Shown: piece after piece, positions 1 to 9,554 of the stretch | Position numbering within the stretch: position 1 is the first letter of the stretch | Layout: every line of letters starts with the position of its first letter | Source of the DNA: Nitrospinales bacterium | GTDB taxonomy: Bacteria; Nitrospinota; Nitrospinia; Nitrospinales; VA-1 | NCBI GenBank assembly: GCA_965223345.1 | Contig: CBDCWG010000007.1 | Span: forward strand, 128,001-192,000 | DNA length: 64,000 nt | Reading direction: 5' to 3' | Notes under the pieces: model-generated | What the model saw: the letters and a program-made list of their open reading frames with translations, nothing else | Databases searched by the model: none | What the model was told of the DNA's origin: nothing | Translations under genes and position numbers: made by a program

Positions 1-2
1 AC

Positions 3-1322
3 CAGGCGCTGGAGGAGCTGCAAAAGACCGCCGAGGACTTGCAGACGCTCGCCAACCAGCTCGATCAGGCGCGTTCGGATATGGACGAGCTGGTGGACAT
101 GGAACTGATGAAGAAACTGGAAAACTCGATGCAGGAAATCCTCAAACTCGAAGAGGGACAGAAAAAGCTGCTGGAGCAGACCACGGACATCAACCAGAAA
201 CTGCGCGAAGCGCAGACCAAAAACTTCGAGAGCGCGCTCAACAATCTGTTTGAAGAGCTCAAAAAAGACATCCACGCCATCCAGTCGATTTTCAGGGAGG
301 ACGACGCCTACCTGAAAAACCATCCCACCATGCAGTCCATGAGCAAACTGCAGGATGAAGAGATGGCGGTGAACCAGAAGATCCAGGAGCTCGGACAAAA
401 AACCGTCGATGCCAACCAGAGTGAAGACCTGGACAAAAACTTCAAAGCCCTGAACCAGGCGCGGCGGGAGCTCACGAAACTCACGGCGGAGATGGACGCG
501 CTGCGGGTGGACGTGTTCCTGAAATTCCTGGCGGCGCTGCCCGGCCTGCAGGGCAAATACGAAGCGCTGGATGAAATGGCGGATCTGTTCGACCTGAACG
601 AATTCAACAATCTGTTCAAAAGCACCTATCCAGAGGTGTTCCAGTGGCAGAACTCGATCCGCACGGTGCCCAATCAGCGCGAGGACCTGCAGGACCGCGT
701 GGGCACGGATCTCAAGGAAGTGACCCGGCTCAACAGCGAGATCTCCAAGAAGCTGGGATCGCTGATGCGCATGATCCGCGACAGCGACCAGTCGCTGCTT
801 TCGGAAGCGGACAAGGCGGAGATGGAAAAGATGGCCGGGCAGGAAAAGGAAATGAAGCAGTCGGCGGACCGGCTGGCGCAGGAGTTCGGCCAGATCAACC
901 GGCAGAACCCGATGATCACGCCGGAGCTGTCGGCCAAGATGTCGCGCACGGGACGCTACATGCAGCAGGCGGAATCGAACCTGAGCGAGCACCGGGTGCA
1001 GCGCAGCATCGATGCGGAAAACCGCGCGCTGCGTGAGCTTGCGGAAACCCGGGAGATGCTGCAGGAAATCAAGGAATCCAACCAGCAGATGGCGCAACGC
1101 TCGGCGCGCTCGACGCCGCTGAAGTTCGGAACCGGCCGGGCGCGGGATCCGCGGCGCGGCGGGTCGGCGCGCATGCAGAAGGAAAAGGTCAACCTGCCTT
1201 CGGAGGATCAGTACCGGGTGCCCAGCGAATTCCGCGATGAAATCCTGAAGGCCATGAAAAAGAACACCCCGAAAAGTTACGAGCGCCTCGTGATGGAATA
1301 TTACAAGGAGCTGGTGAAATGA
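3..1322 (+). CDS. Long coiled-coil protein, DUF4175-like C-terminal part (5' truncated by window)
   Basis: Frame open from window start; Q/E/K-rich helical sequence ending in ...VPSEFRDEILKAMKKNTPKSYERLVMEYYKELVK, typical of DUF4175-type tails; ATGA overlap with next gene. Confidence 0.65.
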   Translation, partial: QALEELQKTAEDLQTLANQLDQARSDMDELVDMELMKKLENSMQEILKLEEGQKKLLEQTTDINQKLREAQTKNFESALNNLFEELKKDIHAIQSIFREDDAYLKNHPTMQSMSKLQDEEMAVNQKIQELGQKTVDANQSEDLDKNFKALNQARRELTKLTAEMDALRVDVFLKFLAALPGLQGKYEALDEMADLFDLNEFNNLFKSTYPEVFQWQNSIRTVPNQREDLQDRVGTDLKEVTRLNSEISKKLGSLMRMIRDSDQSLLSEADKAEMEKMAGQEKEMKQSADRLAQEFGQINRQNPMITPELSAKMSRTGRYMQQAESNLSEHRVQRSIDAENRALRELAETREMLQEIKESNQQMAQRSARSTPLKFGTGRARDPRRGGSARMQKEKVNLPSEDQYRVPSEFRDEILKAMKKNTPKSYERLVMEYYKELVK

Positions 1323-2887
1323 TGCGGACCGCGCTTGCCTTGTGGATCGGATGGATCGCCGCGGCCTTTCTGGCCGTCGCGGTGCCGGTGCGCGCGGCCA
1401 CCATCGCGCCGGAAGCGATCTTCGAGGGCCACAAGCTGATCGAGGACTGGCGCATCGCCGAAGCCGACGCGTTCGTTACGGAACTGCTGAAGCGGTATCC
1501 CCAATCCGGCGACGTGCATTTTTTGCAGGCGCGGGTGGAGTTTTTCAAGGGCAATTACGACTACGCCTGGAAGGTGCTCAAGCGGGTGGACAGCTCCCGC
1601 GATGTGGTGCGGGAGTTCAAGAGCCTGGTGAACGAAACGCGCAAGGCGGCGGCCCCGTTCGTCACGCGCGAATCGGAACACTTCATCTTCAAGTTCGTGA
1701 AGGGGCCGGACGAGATCCTGGTGCACTACGCCGAGGAGGTGCTGGAAGCCTCGTATCACACCCTCGGCAAACTGCTCGATTATTACCCCAGGGAAAAAGT
1801 GCGGGTCGAGATCTATCCGGACCGCGACCCGCTGTCGCAGGTCTCCCCGCTGACGCGCAAGGACATCCTCACCTCCGGCACCGTGGCCCTGTGCAAGTAC
1901 AACCGGCTGATGCTGATCTCCCCGGCGTCCCTGGTGCGCGGCTACGGCTGGATGGACACGCTGAGCCACGAGTACATTCATTATCTGCTCACCAAGAAAA
2001 GCCGCAACAACCTGCCCTTGTGGATGCACGAAGGCATCGCGAAATACTTCGAGAACCATTGGCGGCAGGGCAAGGATTTCCTCACGCCGCTCATGGAAAC
2101 GGTTCTGGCCAGCGGGCTCAAAAACGATTACCTGATTTCTTTGGACAGCATGATGCCCTCGCTCGCCAAGCTGAAAACGCAGGAGGACGTGCAGCTCGCC
2201 TACGCGGAAGTGGCCTCGATGATCGATTTTCTGGTGCGGGAGCGCGGGCACGAAACCCTGCCGCTGTTGCTCACCGACCTGGCGGACGGGCAGGATTTCG
2301 AAACGGCGCTGGAAAACCGCTCGGGCATGGATCTCGACACCTTCCAGGAGCAATGGAAAGCGGCCGTGCAGGCGAAGAAGCTCAAGACCATTCCGGGGCT
2401 GAAGGTATTGGAGAAACGCTTCAAAAAAAACCGCTCCGCGGACGTGGAACAGAAGGAATACCGCGAGGTCGGCGCCCGCCGGTCGCAGGACCTGACGTTT
2501 CTCGGGGATATCCTGAAATCGCGCAACGAATACAAAGCGGCGATCGTCGAGTACGAAAAGGCGTACAAGGAAAGCGAAGTGCGCTCGCCGATTCTGTACA
2601 ACAAGCTGGCGGGCACGTACATGATCCTCAAGGATCACGACCGGGCCGAGTCGTACCTGAAAACCACGCTGGAGCATTATCCGGACTTTCACACGACTCT
2701 GGTCAACCTGGGCGAGCTGTATTTCGCCACCGGCCGGCATGAAAAATCGCTCACGTACTTCCAGCGCGCCGTGCGGGTGAACCCGTTCAACCCGTTCGTC
2801 CACCTGCGGCTGATCGAAATTTACGAGGCGCTCGAGATGCCGGAAGAAAAAAAATTACAGGAAAGCCTGTACAAATTCATCGAGTGA
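1319..2887 (+). CDS. Exported peptidase MA-like (gluzincin) protein with TPR repeats
   Basis: Signal peptide; HEYIH followed by WMHEGIA; C-terminal TPR-like helices. Confidence 0.8.
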   Translation: MMRTALALWIGWIAAAFLAVAVPVRAATIAPEAIFEGHKLIEDWRIAEADAFVTELLKRYPQSGDVHFLQARVEFFKGNYDYAWKVLKRVDSSRDVVREFKSLVNETRKAAAPFVTRESEHFIFKFVKGPDEILVHYAEEVLEASYHTLGKLLDYYPREKVRVEIYPDRDPLSQVSPLTRKDILTSGTVALCKYNRLMLISPASLVRGYGWMDTLSHEYIHYLLTKKSRNNLPLWMHEGIAKYFENHWRQGKDFLTPLMETVLASGLKNDYLISLDSMMPSLAKLKTQEDVQLAYAEVASMIDFLVRERGHETLPLLLTDLADGQDFETALENRSGMDLDTFQEQWKAAVQAKKLKTIPGLKVLEKRFKKNRSADVEQKEYREVGARRSQDLTFLGDILKSRNEYKAAIVEYEKAYKESEVRSPILYNKLAGTYMILKDHDRAESYLKTTLEHYPDFHTTLVNLGELYFATGRHEKSLTYFQRAVRVNPFNPFVHLRLIEIYEALEMPEEKKLQESLYKFIE

Positions 2888-2936
2888 CCGGCCGCCGCCC
2901 GGCGCGGCCGCACCCTAAACCGACAGGACGTTTTTA

Positions 2937-3923
<987 letters not shown>

Positions 3924-3935
3924 ACGGGCATGCTT

Positions 3936-3963
3936 TTTCAGGAACTGCGTTTCGATCCTGAAA
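3936..3963. terminator. Hairpin between convergent MoxR and SRAP genes
   Basis: TTTCAGGA-N12-TCCTGAAA, 8-bp perfect stem. Confidence 0.4.
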
Positions 3964-3969
3964 GACGAG

Positions 3970-4638
3970 TCAATCCACCGCGACCGGTTCCATCAACTCG
4001 GCATCGTTGTTCTCAACTTTGTTGACCCGCTTGTCCACTTGCCAAAACTCGATTGCCTCATCCGCAAGCGGCTGAAGCAGGTACCCGAGATCTTTTCCTT
4101 CAATATTCAGGTCGAGCCACTGCTCAAACCGATCTTCGCTCAAGTGAACGGGCACGCGATGATGGATGGCTTGCAACACAGGGTTGGCGGCAGCGGTGAG
4201 GATGGCTACGGTTGGGATGGGAGCGGTGCCTTTGTTCGGCGCCCAGCTCGACCAGACCGCTGCGAATGAAAACATCCCTTCCCTGGGCTTGATGAAATAC
4301 GGGGTCTTGGTCTCATCGTCCCGCTTCCACTCGTAAAATCCGCTTGCCGGTACGATGCAGCGCTGTTTTTTGAAACTCTCGCGGAATGTGGGTTTTTCTC
4401 CGATGGTTTCGGAACGGGCGTTGATCATGGGCTTCTTGTCATCCTGTGCCCATGAGGGAATCAGTCCCCAGCGCAGCAAATGGATTTCACGTTGATGGGA
4501 TTTCCTGGATTGAAGGACAACGGAGATGTCGGTTTGCGGCGCGATGTTGTAGTTCGGATCGAAAGGAGCGCGGTTTTTTGCTTTGTAGAAATGCTCCAGT
4601 TCCCGTTCTGATGCTATTTGAACGAATCTGCCGGGCAT
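3970..4638 (-). CDS. SRAP-family (YedK/HMCES-like) abasic-site protein, N-terminus MPGRF instead of MCGRF
   Basis: YNIAPQT, RWGLIPSW, NARSET, RCIVPASGFYEW, IHHRVP motifs. Confidence 0.92.
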   Translation of the reverse strand: MPGRFVQIASERELEHFYKAKNRAPFDPNYNIAPQTDISVVLQSRKSHQREIHLLRWGLIPSWAQDDKKPMINARSETIGEKPTFRESFKKQRCIVPASGFYEWKRDDETKTPYFIKPREGMFSFAAVWSSWAPNKGTAPIPTVAILTAAANPVLQAIHHRVPVHLSEDRFEQWLDLNIEGKDLGYLLQPLADEAIEFWQVDKRVNKVENNDAELMEPVAVD

Positions 4639-4641
4639 CGT

Positions 4642-5895
4642 TCAGACCACCGTCAACAGTTCATCCCACTGCGTCGTGTATCGTGGCGACCGCAAGCCGC
4701 AGCGCATCTTCCATTCCCGGGTGATTCCCTCTGCCCCAAAGAACAGCGTGTTGGGGCCGTGGCGGTCATTGATCCGGTCCAAAATACTCATCAAATGGTC
4801 TCTCTGCCCCCGATTCTGTTTCACAAACAAATGACCCTGCTCCATAGAATCGGGGATCAGGTCCAGCAGCATGAGCCCGGTTTTCTTGTAGCGGTATCCC
4901 GGCTTGTAAATCTTGTTCAGGCAATACTTTGCCACTGCGATGACGATGCGCGTGTCGCTGGTCGGGACCGGCAGGGTGCAGGTCATCCCGTTGTTGTATT
5001 GCTGGTCGTCTGGCCTGAACTCACTGGTGCATACAAACACATAGACGGCTTGGGCGCGGCTGTTCTGGTTTCTGAGCTTCTCGCAGGCCCGCGCTGCGTA
5101 ATTGGACAGGGCTTCTTCCAATGGCCGCTTTTCCGTGAGCAGATTGCCGAACGACTTGGACGACATGATATTTTTGCGCGGCTGAATATCCTCCAGATCG
5201 ATACAGGACTGCCCTCTGAGTTCCCGCAGGATGCGCTCTCCCACCACGGATAGTTGCTTGCGGATGATGTGCGGGTGCGCGTCTCTGAGCTGCGATGCTT
5301 TGCGGATACCCATTCGGCCCAACCGCTCGGCCCAGCCACCGGCTATGCCCCATACTTTGTGGACATCCAGTTTTTTCAGGATTTCCTCCTGTATCTGTAC
5401 ATTCCGGATATCGAATACGCCGTCCCGTTTCTTGGCAACGTGATTGGCCGCCTTCGCCAACACCTTGGAAGGGCCGATGCCGATGGACACCAGAATGCCG
5501 GTCCATTGCATGACCTTCCTGCGGATCTTCTGGCAGTACGCGTCGAGATTTTCGTGCGGCAGGCGATCCAATCGTAGAAACGCTTCATCGATCGAATACA
5601 CTTCCATATCAGGACAGAAAAGGCGCAGGCTGTCCATCACCCTTTGCGACATGTCGCCGTAAAGTTGGTAGTTCGAGGAAAAGACCGCGATCTTGTGCTT
5701 TTTAATCAGTTTTTCGTGCTCGAAATAAGGCACCGCCATCGGGATGTTGAGGGCCTTGGCCTCACTGGAACGGGCAACGATGCAACCATCGTTGTTCGAA
5801 AGCACGACGATAGGACGGCCTTTTAGAGCGGGGTTGAAAACACGCTCGCAGGAAGCATAGAAGTTGTTGCAGTCCACCAGGGCGAAGATCTTCAT
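4642..5895 (-). CDS. umuC: Y-family DNA polymerase V catalytic subunit
   Basis: ALVDCNNFYASCE, VLSNNDGC, YSIDEAF, C-terminal LRSPRYTTQWDEL. Confidence 0.96.
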   Translation of the reverse strand: MKIFALVDCNNFYASCERVFNPALKGRPIVVLSNNDGCIVARSSEAKALNIPMAVPYFEHEKLIKKHKIAVFSSNYQLYGDMSQRVMDSLRLFCPDMEVYSIDEAFLRLDRLPHENLDAYCQKIRRKVMQWTGILVSIGIGPSKVLAKAANHVAKKRDGVFDIRNVQIQEEILKKLDVHKVWGIAGGWAERLGRMGIRKASQLRDAHPHIIRKQLSVVGERILRELRGQSCIDLEDIQPRKNIMSSKSFGNLLTEKRPLEEALSNYAARACEKLRNQNSRAQAVYVFVCTSEFRPDDQQYNNGMTCTLPVPTSDTRIVIAVAKYCLNKIYKPGYRYKKTGLMLLDLIPDSMEQGHLFVKQNRGQRDHLMSILDRINDRHGPNTLFFGAEGITREWKMRCGLRSPRYTTQWDELLTVV

Positions 5896-6317
5896 AAAAG
5901 ATTATGCAGGCAATGGGTCACCACGCCCCAAACCGTGACCTCGTTGCCTTCCTGCAGCTCAATCGGCGGGTGGTTCGGGTTTTCCGATTGCAGCGCAATC
6001 CGCCCGTTCATCTTGAACAACCGCTTAACAGTCAACTGGCCATCCACCTCGGCAATCACAATTTTGCGATGGGATGGCTCCAGGCTGCGATCGACGATCA
6101 ATAAGTCTCCATCAAAAATTCCCGCTCCGGTCATGGAGTCCCCGGAAGCCCTGACAAAATAAGTCGCCGAAGGATGTTTTATGACATGCTCGTTGAGGTC
6201 GAGTGCCCCTTCCATGTAGTCGTCGGCGGGAGACGGGAACCCGGCTTCGACCCGGCACAAGGCGACGGGAACGGGGGTGCGCTCATGGGTATTGGCAGCA
6301 ACCAGAGGATTCGCCAT
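5892..6317 (-). CDS. umuD: DNA polymerase V accessory subunit (S24 autopeptidase)
   Basis: VEAGFPSPADDY cleavage region, GDSM (Ser), TVKRL (Lys); overlaps umuC start; start 6317 preferred (6329 possible). Confidence 0.94.
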   Translation of the reverse strand: MANPLVAANTHERTPVPVALCRVEAGFPSPADDYMEGALDLNEHVIKHPSATYFVRASGDSMTGAGIFDGDLLIVDRSLEPSHRKIVIAEVDGQLTVKRLFKMNGRIALQSENPNHPPIELQEGNEVTVWGVVTHCLHNLL

Positions 6318-6324
6318 GGGGAAG

Positions 6325-6354
6325 AGCATACCTTCCGTACTACAGAAGTGTCAA
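6325..6354 (-). promoter_or_regulatory. Sigma70-type promoter of umuDC with palindromic operator in the spacer
   Basis: Minus strand TTGACA-N18-TATGCT; spacer contains CTTCTGTA-G-TACGGAAG (7/8 inverted repeat). Confidence 0.6.
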
Positions 6355-6406
6355 TCTAATTTTCGCTAAATTTTCGCCCTCTGAAAAATGAATGAAGCAG
6401 TTGCTT

Positions 6407-7669
6407 TCAAGAAGCCGATCGGTGCGGGTGGCGGCTTTGCAGTTGTCCTGCATGCGCGGAGGTTGGCGGGAGCGGTTTGCTTCCCGCGAAGCGTTTGAGC
6501 CAGGAGTCGATCGTCTTTTCAAACAGGGGGAAGAAGAAGGCGATCGGGATGAAAACATACGCCACCTTGATCGCGGCTCCAAAGGGAATGTAGCGGGAAT
6601 CCCAGATCAGGCCGACCGCAAAGGGAAGCGCGCGGAACAGAAACAAATAACCCGAATAGAAAACAAGATAGGTCAACGGATTCAAAAGCAGAAACACTTT
6701 GACCGCCTTGAAATCGGCGTACGTCCTGCCGTTCCACTGGAACTCAAGATAGGGACCGCTTCGATCTTCATTCAGGGATCGGGCAAACGGCTGCCAATGG
6801 AACGCCCGGTCCGGATCGATCCAGCGGGAAACCCGTTTCAGCCATTGGCTGAGGCGATGCCGCGGGTCGTACTGAATCCGTGTGGCCGTTTCGGGCCATT
6901 TGAAAAACACCAGGTAAGAAGCGGCCGCGACCGGGAAAAAATAGGCGAACAGGCCCTGCAGGTTTGCGGACTCGATCGTGAAGACCATGATCGAACTGTG
7001 CAGGAAGATCCCCAGCCAGACACCCACGGTGTAGAACCGGGGAATCAAAAACCCGAGCGCAATACTGAACTCGAGAAAAATCGTCACCCAGCTGAACAGC
7101 CGGGAAAGCAGCATGGGTGGAAAGTAAGAGGCCGCCAGCATGTAAGGGGCGTGCTTCAGGCGCTCGTGCGTCCAGAATTCGAAAAACTGCCCGTTCAGCC
7201 AGTCAGGATCCAGGATCTTGTTCAAGCCCGCTCCAAAATAAATCACGGCGACCTGCAGGCGCAGCAGTGCCAGCCCGTGCTGTTTGTCATGCAATCCGAT
7301 CAGAATCAGGAGAAACGAAGCGATCACACTGTGGTTGCGGTATTCGATGCGTCCCGCCAGAATGGCAACCAGGACCGCCAGGCCCACCATCAGGCAACCC
7401 GCCCGCACGGAACGGTTGAAGAAGACCAGAAACGCCCCGAAGAAAAACGCACCGCACAAAACGGCGGGAAACGCTTCGAAGGAACGCAGCGAATCGAAAA
7501 CGGGAACGAACGGCAGAAAGGGAACCTTAAAGTGTCTCCACTCGGAAAACAGGAAAAGGCAGAGCAGGATCAGCTTGGCCAGCAGCAACAGGTTGGCGGG
7601 CAGCGCGGTCCCACCGATGCGGACGGGGTTCCAGGAAGAGGCGGCCCATTTTTTCAGCGCGTGTTCCAT
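6407..7669 (-). CDS. HTTM-domain multipass membrane protein with a degenerate DCC1-like segment
   Basis: LLRLQVAVIYFGAGLNKILDPDWLNG resembles HTTM; many TM helices; IQYDPRHRLSQW..IDPDRAFHWQP resembles DCC1 without Cys. Confidence 0.7.
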   Translation of the reverse strand: MEHALKKWAASSWNPVRIGGTALPANLLLLAKLILLCLFLFSEWRHFKVPFLPFVPVFDSLRSFEAFPAVLCGAFFFGAFLVFFNRSVRAGCLMVGLAVLVAILAGRIEYRNHSVIASFLLILIGLHDKQHGLALLRLQVAVIYFGAGLNKILDPDWLNGQFFEFWTHERLKHAPYMLAASYFPPMLLSRLFSWVTIFLEFSIALGFLIPRFYTVGVWLGIFLHSSIMVFTIESANLQGLFAYFFPVAAASYLVFFKWPETATRIQYDPRHRLSQWLKRVSRWIDPDRAFHWQPFARSLNEDRSGPYLEFQWNGRTYADFKAVKVFLLLNPLTYLVFYSGYLFLFRALPFAVGLIWDSRYIPFGAAIKVAYVFIPIAFFFPLFEKTIDSWLKRFAGSKPLPPTSAHAGQLQSRHPHRSAS

Positions 7670-8013
7670 CGCCACACCTGTTCTTTGCCCCCGTTGACGG
7701 TATAGGTGAGTTTCACCGCAGCGCGGTCGTTCCACCCGTAGCTTTCCTCATATTGCTGCACGATTTTCTGGATGTGCGCGATGGCGCGGTTGTCCGAGCC
7801 TCGTTGCGGTATCCGGTAGCGCGCTTCGATTTCATGGGCGGTCAGTTCCCCGTCCGGCAACACGACCTGAATCTGATACCGGTTTTGCGAATCGAACGGA
7901 GCCCAGCAGAAAAAACGCGTCGGCACAAAGCGGGCGTAGCCGATCATGCCGAGTTGAAACAGCAGCAGCGCCCCCGCCAGAATGTATTTGAAGCGGCTCA
8001 TTGATGCGGTCAT
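7654..8013 (-). CDS. Small membrane-anchored hypothetical protein
   Basis: ATGA-coupled to DCC1 stop; N-terminal hydrophobic helix; overlaps HTTM gene start. Confidence 0.75.
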   Translation of the reverse strand: MTASMSRFKYILAGALLLFQLGMIGYARFVPTRFFCWAPFDSQNRYQIQVVLPDGELTAHEIEARYRIPQRGSDNRAIAHIQKIVQQYEESYGWNDRAAVKLTYTVNGGKEQVWRWNTR

Positions 8014-8474
8014 TTGAGAAAGCGGGCATCCAGCTCCGGGGTGGGAAGGCGGCAGGCGTCGAGCTTGCCGAACCTGAGGTACCGGCTGGCGGCGACCCGG
8101 CGGTAAACCCAATCCCGCACCATTTTGGGCACGACGGACAAGGCGTAGCAAACCGGCCACAACTTATGCAGGCGTCTCAGCGTCCTCAGGATGGACGTGG
8201 AATACAGGTAATGGGTGCCGTTTTCGATGAGGACGATGCTGTCGAGAAAGTCCGCCGGCAGCCCGACCTCCAGCAAAAGGCGCCGCCCCGCCGGCGACTG
8301 CAGCGCCGCAAACCGGAAACGCTTTTGCGGGTCGCGCTCGATCACAAAATCGACCCAGCCGTTGCACAGATTGCACACGCCATCGAACAGGATGATGGCA
8401 GCGGGGGGTTCCGCATCGTGCGGACGGGGCCCCATCCCCTCTTCCATTTCCCTGTGGTTTGCCTTCTGGATCAT
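8010..8474 (-). CDS. DCC1-like thiol-disulfide oxidoreductase (DUF393/YuxK family)
   Basis: IILFDGVCNLCNGWVDFVIERD, FRFAALQS, RDWVYRRVAASRY. Confidence 0.92.
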   Translation of the reverse strand: MIQKANHREMEEGMGPRPHDAEPPAAIILFDGVCNLCNGWVDFVIERDPQKRFRFAALQSPAGRRLLLEVGLPADFLDSIVLIENGTHYLYSTSILRTLRRLHKLWPVCYALSVVPKMVRDWVYRRVAASRYLRFGKLDACRLPTPELDARFLK

Positions 8475-8661
8475 CGCCCCACCCCGTGCTCTTGCAGGAA
8501 AACACGCACTCCCTCCTCAGGAGGCGCTATACGTCCGATCTTTGAGTGTACGCGGCCCGTGTCAAGAGAATGTCAACGCTTTGTCGCGATATCGTTGCAA
8601 ACGGGGTGTGCGGAACGCAGCGATGCGCTTCGGTTGATTCGGGGAGAAACTGGGGTGCGGA

Positions 8662-9303
8662 TTATTTCCCGGAGGGGGATTTGATGAGGTCAGCGGCTTG
8701 CCAGTTGACCTGCATGCGCTTGAGTTCGCCGGAGCGGCTTTCGTAGTTGAGGTAGCCTTCCTTTTGCCCGAACAGGAACAGATCGCGGGTGATCTCCACA
8801 TCCTTGATGCAGTACTCGACGATCTTGTCCATTTTGCCTTCTTTGTACCACTGCAGGGCGATGAGGCCGTCGGCGGATTTTTCCGCGTGCAGGGTGTGAT
8901 GGGCCAGGTGGTTGAGGCTCAGCCGGTGTCCGAGGATCTTGCGCACATCGACCAGCATGTCGAAGGTGGGGATTTCCTTGAGATCGAACGGCGCGTAGGG
9001 CTGCAGAACGGTGTAGTCGAAGCCCTCGACGTTGAACCCGACGACGAGATCGGCGGTTTTGAGCTTTTCGGCCAGTTTTTCAGCCTCGGGCTCCAGGTAG
9101 GTGTGGTATTTGCCGTCCACGCTGTCCCAGATGACGCCTGCGGCCAGTTTCATGAGGTGGGCGTTGTCCCAGCCGCCCACATCGTCGGCGCTTTTCTGGG
9201 TCTCCAGGTCGAAATACTGGATTCTCGGCGTGAAATCAGAGGTTTTCGGCGCCGGGGCCTTTTCCTCCTGAGGTTCGCCAAATAAATCGAGCTGATCTGT
9301 CAT
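8662..9303 (-). CDS. Stand-alone RNase H-like (DEDD, RNase_H_2/YprB-type) exonuclease
   Basis: YFDLETQ, GFNVEGFD, EYCIKDV; N-terminal QLDLF. Confidence 0.85.
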   Translation of the reverse strand: MTDQLDLFGEPQEEKAPAPKTSDFTPRIQYFDLETQKSADDVGGWDNAHLMKLAAGVIWDSVDGKYHTYLEPEAEKLAEKLKTADLVVGFNVEGFDYTVLQPYAPFDLKEIPTFDMLVDVRKILGHRLSLNHLAHHTLHAEKSADGLIALQWYKEGKMDKIVEYCIKDVEITRDLFLFGQKEGYLNYESRSGELKRMQVNWQAADLIKSPSGK

Positions 9304-9474
9304 TTGCCGCCCAAAATTCAAGGAAATTCGCTATGCCGGTACTTTAGCACCCCACGGCCCGGAATCAAGCCTTTTTTCATAAACCACTGATTTTTTTAAA
9401 CTTAAAAAATTGCGGCCGCAAAAGCCGCTGCGCGCCGATTTATCAAGCAGTTGCGCGAAATGCGTTTTAAAAGC

Positions 9475-9502
9475 TAAAGTTTACAATTTGTTAGGCCGTT
9501 AA
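9475..9502 (+). promoter_or_regulatory. Sigma28 (FliA)-type promoter of fliD-fliS
   Basis: TAAAGTTT-N12-GCCGTTAA versus consensus TAAAGTTT-N11-GCCGATAA, 52 bp upstream of fliD. Confidence 0.65.
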
Positions 9503-9554
9503 TTGGGTTTGGTACAGTTGAACTCGCACTCTTATTCCAGGACGGAACGTTCCC

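Noticed and set aside
8500..8545. tRNA-Pro-like 5' sequence on the minus strand (CGGACGTATAGCGC)
   Set aside because: No D, anticodon or T arm follows
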